This document shows positions 1 to 10,080 of a DNA stretch of 64,000 bases, in pieces. The stretch comes from a virus, in IMG/VR virus record IMGVR_UViG_3300042402_001861, positions 32,001 through 96,000 of that record. One strand, written 5' to 3'. How positions within the stretch are numbered: position 1 is the stretch's first letter; each line of letters starts with the position of its first letter. The notes under the pieces were generated by a model. The model was not told the DNA's origin. It did not search any database and saw nothing but the letters and a program-made list of their open reading frames with translations. The position numbers and the translations under genes are program-made.

Positions 1-702
1 TATCAGTTTCTTCCATTGTCGCTGCTGAAGTCAAGAACTCCAAGCGTCAAGTACCACCACACACCCACGGCAAGGAATCCCGAAACAGGCGGGATTTACA
101 TGAAGAAGGAATTCTTCAACATTCTTTCCTACTCCGTGAACTCCCGTGGCGACAAGATGCGAGAGATTGCTTCAGGCGTGTATAGCAACAACGCCGTGTC
201 GCTTGACATCATTGGCAAGCGAGCCAACATGGAGATTTATGCCTACTTCTCGCAGCGAAAGAGAATACCGACCATTTCAGAACACCCCTTGGTTCCCACT
301 CTCTCGGATGATCTTAGCCTGAACATCGGTGCGTATCAAAAGTTCTTCCCCAAGCATTCTTTCAGGTACGACGGCGTGGAAGACAATGATGAACTTGAGG
401 TTGTTTCTACCAGAAGGCAGTCACAGATGAATGCCTTTAGGACACATAGCCTGACGATTGATGTCAATGGAGATTCCAGAAGAAGAGCGGGAGAAGTTGT
501 ATCAATTGACATCCCGAGCGTGGAGAATCCAAAGAACAAGGACGATTGGTTTGATCCATTCCTCTCTGGTAAATACATGATAACGAGCATCCTACATGAG
601 ATAGGCGATGGAAGTTACAACATGAAGATGGAAGTAATGAAGGATGGCTATGACGAGAAACTTGCGGATCAGCAATCCTTTGGTGTAGACGGGACGATTT
701 GA
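1..702 (+). CDS. Baseplate hub/tail protein (gp27-like), 5'-truncated by the window edge
   Basis: Frame is open to base 1. C-terminal 'LTIDVNGDSRRRAGEVVSIDIP...FLSGKYMITSILHEI' resembles the hub-type gene that precedes gp5 in T4-like phages. Confidence 0.6.
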   Translation, partial: YQFLPLSLLKSRTPSVKYHHTPTARNPETGGIYMKKEFFNILSYSVNSRGDKMREIASGVYSNNAVSLDIIGKRANMEIYAYFSQRKRIPTISEHPLVPTLSDDLSLNIGAYQKFFPKHSFRYDGVEDNDELEVVSTRRQSQMNAFRTHSLTIDVNGDSRRRAGEVVSIDIPSVENPKNKDDWFDPFLSGKYMITSILHEIGDGSYNMKMEVMKDGYDEKLADQQSFGVDGTI

Positions 703-2495
703 ACATGATCAACGAAATGCGAGACAATCCCAATGACTACATGGGAAAGATGGACTTCGTGTGGTGGCACGGAGTCGTGGAAGATGTAAACGATCCGCTA
801 AAACTCGGGCGGGTGCGTGTGCGGGCGTATGGGTTTCATACAAACGACAAGTTGCTGATTCCGACAGAATCCCTTCCATGGGCAGCGGTGATGCAGCCAA
901 TTACAAGCGCAGCCATGAGCGGAAAAGGACAGTCTCCCACAGGATTGCTTCCCGGTTCATGGGTTGTAGGCTTCTTCCGCGATGGTCCCCATGCACAGGA
1001 TCCCATCATCATGGGAAGCATAGCCGGGTGGCCGTTTCCCGATGTCAATACGGGAAAGTACAAGGATCAAGAGATCGGTTTCAACGATCCAAGCGGCAAG
1101 TACCCGCTTGATGATTATCTTGGGGAGCAGGATACGAATCGTCTTGCAAGAGGCGTAACCGGTGCCGATCTGGACAAGACAATCGTAAAGAGCAAGTTGG
1201 ATTCAAGGATTCCCAAGGTTCCAGCAGGAATCACGGGAGAGTGGTCAGAGCCTGCTACCCCTTACGGTGCAACCTATCCCCACAATCATGTCTACGAAAG
1301 CGAATCCGGTCACCTGTTTGAGGTCGATGACACAGAAGGCAAGGAAAGGCTTCATCGTTATCACAAGAGCGGTTCGTTCGAGGAAATTCATCCTGACGGA
1401 TCAAGGGTAACAAAGATCATCGGAAATGACTACGAAATAACCATCGGATCAAAGTCAGCGATGATCAAGGGAGATGTCCTGTATACCAACGAAGGCAGGG
1501 CAAAGTTCAAGGTTGGCAAAGATTTCTATCTAGAGGTCGATGGTGATGTCAGAACCTTGGTTCATGGCAATGTCATCATGCATACCAAGGGAAGTTTTGT
1601 GCATCGGGTATCGGGCTCATATACGCTTGCAAGCGGCGGAAACATGACCTTTGTTGCCCCGAGAATTGACCTGAATCCAGAAGGACTCAATCCATCTACC
1701 GTAAGCGTTGGTGGCCTCGACAAGATTCAGAAGAGAAGGGTCGAATTCCCTGATCCCGCAAACCCTGCGGCCACAACATCCGTGCCTTCTTTGCCACCCG
1801 CTTCGCTTTCCGGTGTCGTTGCCGGAAACACAAACAAGAACAGCGTATTGCAGCAGCAGTCGGCAGGAACCATTTCACAAGGCGCTATCGCCTCGGATAC
1901 TTCGGCAGTTTCCGACACGGTGGTCACGACTTCTGCTACGGATGTTACGGACACCACGGCAACAGTCACATCCTTGGATGGCAAGGCCGCTCCTGCGGTC
2001 CCATCCGAAGTGGGTGGTGTGCAGTACCTTGGCTCAACTAACATTCAACTTCCGAGAATACCGACAGACATCGGGCAGATTGCCTTGCTTGCAGCGGCAG
2101 CCGGTGCCGCAGCCGCTGCTGCTTTCCAAGATGAATCCGATTCTCAGCAACAGGCAACCAATGAACCCGTTGCTGCGGTTGCATTGCCTCCACTTCCTCC
2201 CCCTTCTCCCGGAGTTCAGGATACACGGGTTGTCATGGGTTCGGCAGGAGGAACAGGAGCAGCGCAGGAAGCAACAGGTCTTCCCGGCCTGCCTACGGTC
2301 AGTCTCTATGCAGTTCCCGGCGAAGCGGCTACGCTACTTCAGGGCTACCCCGGTCAGACTGGAATCGGAAACACCGATCCTTCGTCCGACTTGCCAACAG
2401 TCACTCCGCTGCCGAGCGTACCCGTGCTTGCCTTCCCTGCGGAGTTCGCACAGCCAGTCATCCTTCCCGATGTGCTTGACGGAGGCGCATTCTGA
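699..2495 (+). CDS. gp5: Baseplate central spike gp5 (OB-fold plus beta-helix, no lysozyme domain) with a long low-complexity C-terminal extension
   Basis: 'FVWWHGVVEDVNDPLKLGRVRVR...LPWA' OB-fold, 'YPHNHVYESESGHLFEVDDT..ERLHRYHKSGSFEEI', then beta-helix repeats ending in 'RIDLN'. Confidence 0.92.
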   Translation: MNMINEMRDNPNDYMGKMDFVWWHGVVEDVNDPLKLGRVRVRAYGFHTNDKLLIPTESLPWAAVMQPITSAAMSGKGQSPTGLLPGSWVVGFFRDGPHAQDPIIMGSIAGWPFPDVNTGKYKDQEIGFNDPSGKYPLDDYLGEQDTNRLARGVTGADLDKTIVKSKLDSRIPKVPAGITGEWSEPATPYGATYPHNHVYESESGHLFEVDDTEGKERLHRYHKSGSFEEIHPDGSRVTKIIGNDYEITIGSKSAMIKGDVLYTNEGRAKFKVGKDFYLEVDGDVRTLVHGNVIMHTKGSFVHRVSGSYTLASGGNMTFVAPRIDLNPEGLNPSTVSVGGLDKIQKRRVEFPDPANPAATTSVPSLPPASLSGVVAGNTNKNSVLQQQSAGTISQGAIASDTSAVSDTVVTTSATDVTDTTATVTSLDGKAAPAVPSEVGGVQYLGSTNIQLPRIPTDIGQIALLAAAAGAAAAAAFQDESDSQQQATNEPVAAVALPPLPPPSPGVQDTRVVMGSAGGTGAAQEATGLPGLPTVSLYAVPGEAATLLQGYPGQTGIGNTDPSSDLPTVTPLPSVPVLAFPAEFAQPVILPDVLDGGAF

Positions 2496-3235
2496 TGACA
2501 GGGGAGTATCTGTGGCAGGGGAAGTACAAGGTAATATCGGAAGTCGATCCAAGCACCTACTACCCAAACGGGATAGTGGAGTCCTCTGAAGATGAGTCCG
2601 AAGATATTCCTTGCATTCGCATTTCATTTCCAATAGCAAACAACAACGCATTCTTCAATACAGGAAATGACCTGAATTTCGTACAGATACCGATCTATTT
2701 CGAGCAACAGGACATTACCGACGATGTATTTTGGAAATTTTCGGTTATACAAAATCCTTTGTTTGTGGGAGGGGGTGGATTTGGCTTGGGTGGATGCACG
2801 GGTGTTTCGATATCAGATCCTGGTTTCTTGATAGTGACTGGCGATTTCTCCCCCGACATGGTTCTGAATGTTGACACAGGAAAGTTGACGGGTAGGACGG
2901 GAGAACTTGATTTCTACGCCTCCTCCCTGAACATTCCCCCCGACTACGAGATAGATGAACAGAACTATGGGACAGTCGGCTCGGCATCCTACTTCAGGAA
3001 TGGAGTGGGGTTTGGAATCCCCGTTTCCGTCACCGTCCGTGCTTTCGACAAGACCGATCCATCGATCCACATAGACACAACCTTTACCTACACTCTGAGG
3101 AACAACTGGTCCTCCGATAGAGATAGTTTGATCCTAAATATCAAGAATCAATTCTATGTGGATGGCAAACCCGCCACCAATCTTGAATATTTGGAGGCGC
3201 AGAAGGCCAAGGGATTCTTCCCCGGGCCACCTTAA
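2495..3235 (+). CDS. Hypothetical baseplate-region protein
   Basis: 246-aa ORF coupled to the gp5 stop (TGATG) and lying between gp5 and PAAR. Confidence 0.7.
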   Translation: MTGEYLWQGKYKVISEVDPSTYYPNGIVESSEDESEDIPCIRISFPIANNNAFFNTGNDLNFVQIPIYFEQQDITDDVFWKFSVIQNPLFVGGGGFGLGGCTGVSISDPGFLIVTGDFSPDMVLNVDTGKLTGRTGELDFYASSLNIPPDYEIDEQNYGTVGSASYFRNGVGFGIPVSVTVRAFDKTDPSIHIDTTFTYTLRNNWSSDRDSLILNIKNQFYVDGKPATNLEYLEAQKAKGFFPGPP

Positions 3236-3244
3236 GGAACAACA

Positions 3245-3532
3245 ATGCCAGCAGCACACAGACAAGGCGACATCTGCACAGGACACGGATGCTACGGACC
3301 AAGACAGAACATTTCTTGGTCTACGAATGTCTTCGTGAACAACAAGGGCTGGCACCGTCAATTTGACAATTGGGGAACCCATTGCTGTGGTCCGTTTTGC
3401 CACAAGGCACACACCGCAGAGGGCTCTTCGATGGTTTTTGTGAATAGCCGTCAGGCAGCACGGATCGGAGATCCCCTTTCCTGTGGTTCCGCTGTCGCCA
3501 CAGGAAGCAAGAATGTCTTTTGCGGAGGATGA
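3245..3532 (+). CDS. PAAR spike-tip protein (gp5.4-like)
   Basis: 'MPAAHRQGDICTGH', 'SSMVFVNSRQAARIGDPLSCGSAVATGSKNVF' PAAR motifs; SD AAGGA upstream. Confidence 0.92.
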   Translation: MPAAHRQGDICTGHGCYGPRQNISWSTNVFVNNKGWHRQFDNWGTHCCGPFCHKAHTAEGSSMVFVNSRQAARIGDPLSCGSAVATGSKNVFCGG

Positions 3533-3535
3533 GAG

Positions 3536-4183
3536 ATGTCGTCATCTGATACAGGAAATTTCGACCTTTGGATGAATGTTGGCACCGCGATTTTCGCGAT
3601 GATCGCTGGAATGTTCACCGGGGCCGCATACCTTCGCAAGAAGATGACCTTCTGGAAGAAAGAGGAGGAAAAGGGTGCGGCAATCACCGTTGATGACATA
3701 CGCAAGTATGGTCAGGTGCAGGAACTCATTACCACTCTGCGAAACATGACCGGAGCGGACAGAACGCAGATCCTGCAATTCCACAACGGAGGAAAGTTCC
3801 TTGATGGCTCGTCCATGAAGAGAATGTCTGTTACCCACGAATCCTGCCGTCAGGGAGTTGCCTACGAGTACATGCATATGCAAGCCGTGCTTGCAACCTT
3901 GCTTTGGGAAAAGATTGAACTGGTCAAGAAGGACGATTCTCAGATTCACTTCACCAAGAATCTCACAGATTCGACTCTGAAGACCTACTGCCGAAGCAAG
4001 GGAACAGAGGCTTTCTCCATTCTTCCGATTCGCAAGGACAATATGTTGATAGGCTTCATAAACATCGACTGGCTTGATGCGGAAGAAGTTCCAAACAAAC
4101 CAATAGATTTTGCAAATGTGTTCGAGGAGTATCGCGGATACATCGAACTGCAACTCGCAAAGGACACGGCGGATGGCCACTAA
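3536..4183 (+). CDS. Membrane-anchored GAF-like protein, putative T4 T-type holin
   Basis: One N-terminal hydrophobic helix (VGTAIFAMIAGMFTGAAYL), a basic stretch, then a GAF-like domain 'ADRTQILQFHNG...AFSILPI...LIGFINIDW'. Confidence 0.5.
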   Translation: MSSSDTGNFDLWMNVGTAIFAMIAGMFTGAAYLRKKMTFWKKEEEKGAAITVDDIRKYGQVQELITTLRNMTGADRTQILQFHNGGKFLDGSSMKRMSVTHESCRQGVAYEYMHMQAVLATLLWEKIELVKKDDSQIHFTKNLTDSTLKTYCRSKGTEAFSILPIRKDNMLIGFINIDWLDAEEVPNKPIDFANVFEEYRGYIELQLAKDTADGH

Positions 4184-4580
4184 CTGGCGCAAAGACCCGA
4201 TTCTTTCCTTTTCGGATATCGATATGGATTTGACCAAGGATCCATTGACCGAAGATGTCACTTCAATAACTGGAGAAGAAGTGGTCAAGCAGTCCCTGAA
4301 GAACTTGCTTCAATTCAAAAGATATGAGAAGCCGTTTCATCCAGAGATAGAGTCGGGCATTACCGATTTGCTGTTTGAGCCTGTTTCTCCGATCATAATG
4401 ATACAGATGAAGAGAAAGATCACGGAACTGATTCAGACATACGAACGGCGGGTTCGTGCAGTACAGGTGGACATTTTCGATCTGATGGATGAAAATTCAT
4501 ATAGGATCGATGTTCAATTTCAGGTTCAGAACAAGGTTGATGTGTTTCGTGCCACGGTTATCGTGGAGAGGATCAGATGA
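4173..4580 (+). CDS. gp25: Baseplate wedge subunit gp25
   Basis: 'FSDIDMDLTKDPLT.DV...VKQSLKNLL....EKPFHPE...YERRV'. ATG 4173 is preferred to the track start at 4110. Confidence 0.92.
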   Translation: MATNWRKDPILSFSDIDMDLTKDPLTEDVTSITGEEVVKQSLKNLLQFKRYEKPFHPEIESGITDLLFEPVSPIIMIQMKRKITELIQTYERRVRAVQVDIFDLMDENSYRIDVQFQVQNKVDVFRATVIVERIR

Positions 4581-6478
4581 CAACTCCCAACTTGCCAGTA
4601 GACAATCTCGACTTTGACTCAATCAAGACAAGCCTGAAGGATTTCCTCAAGGGTCAGGACAAGTTCAAGGACTATGACTTTGAGGGTTCGGGGATGAACA
4701 TTCTCCTTGATCTTCTTGCATACAACACACACTATCAGGCGTTCTATGCAAACATGGTGGCAAACGAGACTTTCATCGACTCAGCAGTCAAGCGTCAGTC
4801 GGTGGTTTCTCTTGCCAAGCAACTTGGCTATACTCCACGGTCATATAGGGCATCTACTGCAAACATCGACATCGTTTGGACGAACCCAAGTGCAAGTTTC
4901 CGTGCTAGCGTAGCCCGAGGCGAGGTTTTCATAAATCGCGGTGACATCTTCACCGCAACCACGGGAGGCTCGGTCTTCACTTTCATTCCCGTACAGAATT
5001 ACAAGGTTGTGAATGAAGGCAACAATTGCGTGGTCAGAAACATGGAGATCAAGGAAGGTCGTTTGCAGACATTCACATATGTCGTGAATGAGGCAGACAC
5101 GGCACAGAAGTTCATAATTCTCGACACACGGGTTGATACCTCCTCCCTGCGTGTGCGTGTGACTCGTTCGCCCAAGGACACTACGGGCATTCTAGACATC
5201 TGGACATTGGTGACCGACATCAATGCAATCGATGGAAGCACGAATGCCTACTACTTGCAGGAAACAGACAAGCAGCGTTATGAAGTGCAGTTTGGTGACG
5301 GCATCGTCGGAAGAAAGCCTGCCGATGGAAATGCCATACTCCTTGAGTATTTGGTCACACGGGGACAAGAGGCCAACGGTATACAGTCTTTCAAGTACAA
5401 CGGCGCAGTAACCACCGCTGGCGTAACACCCACAGTCAGCGTGGTCACAAACGAAGAGGGAATACCGCAATCTTCCTATGGAGGCAGCGAGTTCGAGGAC
5501 ATCGAATCCATTCGCTACTATGCTCCGAGAAACTACCAAGCACAGGAAAGAACTGTCACCGCCGAGGACTACAAAACCATCCTGACGAGAGACTACACAA
5601 GCGCCGACTCCATACAGGTTTGGGGTGGAGAAGAAAGCGATCCCCCGCAGTATGGAAAAGTCTTGATTTCCATCAAACCGCAAGGTGCGACCCGTTTGTC
5701 CACCCTTGAGAAACTGTCGATTCAGAACACGATTTTGCAACGCAAGAATGTTCTTGGCATCACGCCCGAAGTCGTAGACCCCGATTATGTCTACATTGTC
5801 CTTGACCTTGCGGTTCGATACAACAGCAGCCTCACGACCTTGAGTGCAAAGGACATTGAACGCCTTGTCAACGAAAGCATAACTTCGTATGCATCGGAGA
5901 AGTTGGGGAAGTTCGGACTAAACTTCCGATTTTCAAAGTTCCTCGCATTCATTGATGGCATCAATCAGAGTATCACAAGCACAGATGCAAATTTGCGAAT
6001 TCAGAAGAGATTCGAACCGGTCATCGGAAACCCCGGCGTTTACACGATCAAGTTCAACTTTGACAATCAACTGTATCACCCAATTGACGGCTATCCTTCA
6101 ATCTTGAGCAGCACGGGATTTGGATATGTTGATCCACAGACAGGACTTGAGGTAGATGCATACATGGATGATGACGGATATGGCAACATCCGCATCTACA
6201 AGCAAGTCGGAGAGGAAAAAATCTACCTTATTAATGAGGCAGGAACCCTTGATTATTCCAACGGAACGATCAGCCTGACGAACTTCAATCCAACCTACAT
6301 CCTCCCCAAGACAAGCACAGAAATCGCCCTGACTGCGGTTCCTGTTTCCACGGATGTGTTCACACGAAGGAATCAGATCATTCTGTTCGATACAGAAAAT
6401 TCGAACATAACCGTTGTTCCTGACTCATTCCGAACCGAGAGAAACCAGACTGCAAGTTCCTTCCCATCAAATAGATAA
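4577..6478 (+). CDS. gp6: Baseplate wedge subunit gp6
   Basis: 'LDFDSIKTSLKDFLKGQDKFKDYDFEGSGMNILLDLLAYNTHY', 'SIRYYAPRNYQAQERTVTAEDY'. Confidence 0.96.
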   Translation: MTTPNLPVDNLDFDSIKTSLKDFLKGQDKFKDYDFEGSGMNILLDLLAYNTHYQAFYANMVANETFIDSAVKRQSVVSLAKQLGYTPRSYRASTANIDIVWTNPSASFRASVARGEVFINRGDIFTATTGGSVFTFIPVQNYKVVNEGNNCVVRNMEIKEGRLQTFTYVVNEADTAQKFIILDTRVDTSSLRVRVTRSPKDTTGILDIWTLVTDINAIDGSTNAYYLQETDKQRYEVQFGDGIVGRKPADGNAILLEYLVTRGQEANGIQSFKYNGAVTTAGVTPTVSVVTNEEGIPQSSYGGSEFEDIESIRYYAPRNYQAQERTVTAEDYKTILTRDYTSADSIQVWGGEESDPPQYGKVLISIKPQGATRLSTLEKLSIQNTILQRKNVLGITPEVVDPDYVYIVLDLAVRYNSSLTTLSAKDIERLVNESITSYASEKLGKFGLNFRFSKFLAFIDGINQSITSTDANLRIQKRFEPVIGNPGVYTIKFNFDNQLYHPIDGYPSILSSTGFGYVDPQTGLEVDAYMDDDGYGNIRIYKQVGEEKIYLINEAGTLDYSNGTISLTNFNPTYILPKTSTEIALTAVPVSTDVFTRRNQIILFDTENSNITVVPDSFRTERNQTASSFPSNR

Positions 6479-6484
6479 TATGCC

Positions 6485-9400
6485 ATGACCACGGGTAGCG
6501 ACAAGAGCCAGTCAGCAATCATCCAGCATAGATTGCCGGAGTTCGTTCAGACGAATCATCCGACTCTTGTTGCTTTTGTGCAGGCATACTATGAATGGCT
6601 GGAATCGCAGAAGGAATCGGGATACATGCGGACTCCTTCGGCGTTGGAGGGGGTTTCAGACATTGATGCCACTCTGGATGAATTCGTAACCGACTTCAAG
6701 AAGGAATTCCTACTTGGCTTTCCCGAGGAATTTGCGGTCAATGGCGAGAGCGATACAGTCGATGTGCGGAAGTTGATAAAGAACATCAAGGAATTCTACA
6801 GAAACAAGGGAACCGAGAAGACATACGAGTTCCTGTTTCGGGTGCTTTATGACACCGCCGTGGAATTTTACTATCCTGCAAGAGACATTCTTCGTCTGTC
6901 AGATGGAAAGTGGATTCAGAAATACTCAGTTCGCTGCTCAAACGACCTTGGAAACAAGATTTTCGAGGCAAGAGGAAAGACCATCACGCAGCGAAACAAG
7001 TCCACCAACAGCATCGTGGCCAGCGGAAGAGTGATCGATGTTGTCACATATCAAATCGGCAACCGTGAAATATCGGAACTGTTCCTCACCAACATCAACG
7101 GAGCATTCGTTTCCAATACCAAGGCAGGAAATGAGATTTATGGGGGAATAGAATTCACAGACAATGATTCCGTGCAAAGAACGGAACCAAGAATCTATCC
7201 CGTCCTGAAGTCCATACAAGTGACCGCAGCAGGAACCGGCTATCGAAAGGGAGAAAGAATACTCTTTTCTGCATCCGGAGACAGCGGAGTCGGTGCATCT
7301 GCCACAATCACGGAAGTCGATTCGATGGGTGGCATCGTTCGCACAAGAATCGATAACTTTGGAATAGGCTATGAGAATGTCCCGTCATACTCCATAGAAA
7401 CGGCGTTTGGTGAGAATGCATCATTGACTATATCCGTTGGCTCAACTTGCACCTACCCCGGCTACTACTCGGGAAGCGATGGAAAGTTGAGTTCAAGCAA
7501 GGTGATGCAGGACAACCATTACTATCAGAACTTTTCCTATGTCCTCCTCTCGGAAGTGGTAATCGACCGTTACAAGGAAATCCTACGACGAATCATCCAT
7601 CCGGTGGGCATGGGAATGTTCGGAAAGGTGCTGCTCACCCGATGCTCGGCACAGTCACCACAGACAGATGCATTGGGAAGCAAGACTGAGGTTCCCGTCA
7701 TCGGTAATTATGCCCCGTACACGATATACACAAACACGGACCTGAGCGAACTGTTTTACGATGATCGTCCCATGCCGTACTATCCTTCTCTGCATGAATC
7801 CGTAATACTTGCGGCCACAGGAAACCCTGCTGGCATCACCAACCACCATGCCGTGGATTTCAACCCAAAGAACATTCCCGGCCTGAAGGTCTGGCTCAAC
7901 GGCAAGCAACTGACCGCTGCCGGTGCCACGGTTTCTGCATGGGCAGACTTCAGCGGCAACGGATATACCGCAACGGCCTTGGCAACCAACATGTTGCCTT
8001 CGATCTCTCCAATGGGTGGATTGTATCTAACAGGCTCATCCGGCACATTCGGCTCCGTAATTACCACCCCCGCATTGGGAACCATGAACGACCGAACAAT
8101 GTTCGTCGCATTCACCCCATTCCCCGTGTCGGATTCCGTGACCCGCCAAAGAAACTCAATGGTGGCAGGTCTACAAAGATCGGCACATGTGGGCAATACA
8201 GGTTCAGCAACGGGACAATGCTATCAGAATCATACTATTTGCATAGATTATCGGCGCAACAACATAGACGGCATTGGAGACACACAGCCAAGGATCGCCT
8301 CATACTATGGATTTGGTAATTTTGCAAGCAGCAGTTCGCAGTATGGAACCGATGGAGATGAATCTGGTGATTATATCCTGATGGAGAATGATACTGTAGC
8401 AGATCGAAAAATCCTTGCATTGAATTATGGATCGGTGATCTACAAGGAACTTCTTGACCTAGAGTCCGTTACCGCTTCCAATCAAAATACGACAATCGCT
8501 TGTTCAGTACTGGCAGACGGATATCCGACCAAGAGCATTCAGGTTTATAGCAGCAATGATGAAGTCATAAGCACAGAAAAGAAAAGCAACAATGACTTGT
8601 CACCTAGCGCCAGTTACTATCGCTATCATCTGATGGCTGAATATGTTGTTCCTGTAGAAGGTGAAGGATCATATGCATTTTCCATGGAGCAAGCGACCGA
8701 TTATTCATCGGCAGTTGCAGCATGGCGTTCCGTGATGACGAAAAATGATGGTCTTGTCGTTCCGACTTCCGAAACGCTTGATGAGGTAAACAACATCATA
8801 GCGGAATGGACTTGGGCGACAATGACGGATCAATTTCTTGGTTCTGACAACTACACATTGCACAAGACAACAGCAAAAGACCTAAAGCCAGGTGATGTTG
8901 TCAGAATTTGGATGAGTCCTTCCTACAATTCCGGACTTAAGCCACTAAACTCTTCCTTGGATATAACCAAGTCGATGAAGTTTAAGAATTTCACGGTTTC
9001 CCGTGTTTTCGGTCAAGGAGAGAACATTCTCACCGTCGATGGGCAGAAGATCGGTTCTGCTCTTGGCAATCTTGACGGCATTACGGCAGGACAAAGACTT
9101 GTCCTTGGCTTGGGTCAGAACTACTTCAACGGCGTTGTCCATGAAGTGCTTGTCTATGACCGTGCCTTGGCTCCCCGCGAGCGAGAGACAGTAGAAGCAT
9201 ACCTCCACTACAGGTGGAAGGACAAGATAATTACCGCAACGGGACATTCCTGGAATCTCTCGGTATCAGGACTCACCAACGGATACGGAATCTATCCTGC
9301 ATTGGCAACGAACGGCGGAATCACCGCAAACTCAACCACGGGAAGTTCCAACATTGGTTATCCGTTCTTTGAAATCAACATGCACCCCAACATTTCCCTT

Positions 9401-10045
9401 GCCGAGCAAGACACCTATGCGGTGAGAATCCTCTCGTCGCAGGCGAGTGATTTCCTTGGAGGGGGCACAGGATCAACCGGCTACTGGCCGGAATGGGCAG
9501 AGGGTTCGACGGCAAACCGACAGAATTGGGCAATAGGTCTGTCTGCACAGGGCAGTCGCCATGCGATTCTGCAATACAACACATCCTCGGAGTTCAGGAA
9601 GATCAGCGCAGACGCATTCTTTGACATGAAGGCGGGGCGACAGTTCGACTGCAAGGACGAATATGTCATCGAACCGGAGTATCCCAAGGTTCTTCTTGAC
9701 TACAGCGATGAATTTTCAAATTCTTCGTTTGAAGACCCGATCTATTCGAACGGCAACATCATCTTCCACTTCAACACCGAGAATGCCGAAAATCTTGAGT
9801 ATTGGACTACGGACATGCTTGAGATAGTGGTCAATGATGGCCGAGGAGAATACCTCTATCGTCCCGACAATCTTACAACCAAGACGATTTCTGGGTTCGT
9901 ATCTGATGGATTTGATGCCAAGCAGTACACGGTCACGGTCAGGCTTCTTGATTTCTATGGCAAGGCGATTCCGGGTTCGGAAAATTCCGTGTCGTTCTGG
10001 TTCAAGTACCTGAATACGGCTGGTGCCTACGACACCTTGCCATAA
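6485..10045 (+). CDS. gp7: Baseplate wedge initiator gp7-like protein with an inserted LamG/ConA-like region
   Basis: 'KLIKNIKEFYRNKGTEKTYEFLFRVLY', 'QDNHYYQNFSYV...YKEILRRIIHPVGMGMFG'; LamG-like 'FNGVVHEVLVYDRAL'. Confidence 0.8.
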   Translation: MTTGSDKSQSAIIQHRLPEFVQTNHPTLVAFVQAYYEWLESQKESGYMRTPSALEGVSDIDATLDEFVTDFKKEFLLGFPEEFAVNGESDTVDVRKLIKNIKEFYRNKGTEKTYEFLFRVLYDTAVEFYYPARDILRLSDGKWIQKYSVRCSNDLGNKIFEARGKTITQRNKSTNSIVASGRVIDVVTYQIGNREISELFLTNINGAFVSNTKAGNEIYGGIEFTDNDSVQRTEPRIYPVLKSIQVTAAGTGYRKGERILFSASGDSGVGASATITEVDSMGGIVRTRIDNFGIGYENVPSYSIETAFGENASLTISVGSTCTYPGYYSGSDGKLSSSKVMQDNHYYQNFSYVLLSEVVIDRYKEILRRIIHPVGMGMFGKVLLTRCSAQSPQTDALGSKTEVPVIGNYAPYTIYTNTDLSELFYDDRPMPYYPSLHESVILAATGNPAGITNHHAVDFNPKNIPGLKVWLNGKQLTAAGATVSAWADFSGNGYTATALATNMLPSISPMGGLYLTGSSGTFGSVITTPALGTMNDRTMFVAFTPFPVSDSVTRQRNSMVAGLQRSAHVGNTGSATGQCYQNHTICIDYRRNNIDGIGDTQPRIASYYGFGNFASSSSQYGTDGDESGDYILMENDTVADRKILALNYGSVIYKELLDLESVTASNQNTTIACSVLADGYPTKSIQVYSSNDEVISTEKKSNNDLSPSASYYRYHLMAEYVVPVEGEGSYAFSMEQATDYSSAVAAWRSVMTKNDGLVVPTSETLDEVNNIIAEWTWATMTDQFLGSDNYTLHKTTAKDLKPGDVVRIWMSPSYNSGLKPLNSSLDITKSMKFKNFTVSRVFGQGENILTVDGQKIGSALGNLDGITAGQRLVLGLGQNYFNGVVHEVLVYDRALAPRERETVEAYLHYRWKDKIITATGHSWNLSVSGLTNGYGIYPALATNGGITANSTTGSSNIGYPFFEINMHPNISLAEQDTYAVRILSSQASDFLGGGTGSTGYWPEWAEGSTANRQNWAIGLSAQGSRHAILQYNTSSEFRKISADAFFDMKAGRQFDCKDEYVIEPEYPKVLLDYSDEFSNSSFEDPIYSNGNIIFHFNTENAENLEYWTTDMLEIVVNDGRGEYLYRPDNLTTKTISGFVSDGFDAKQYTVTVRLLDFYGKAIPGSENSVSFWFKYLNTAGAYDTLP

Positions 10046-10051
10046 GAACCA

Positions 10052-10058
10052 ATAAATA
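10052..10058 (+). promoter_or_regulatory. T4-type late promoter box
   Basis: ATAAATA 22 nt upstream of the gp8 ATG. Confidence 0.7.
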
Positions 10059-10080
10059 AGGCAGCGAGGAAACACCTAGA

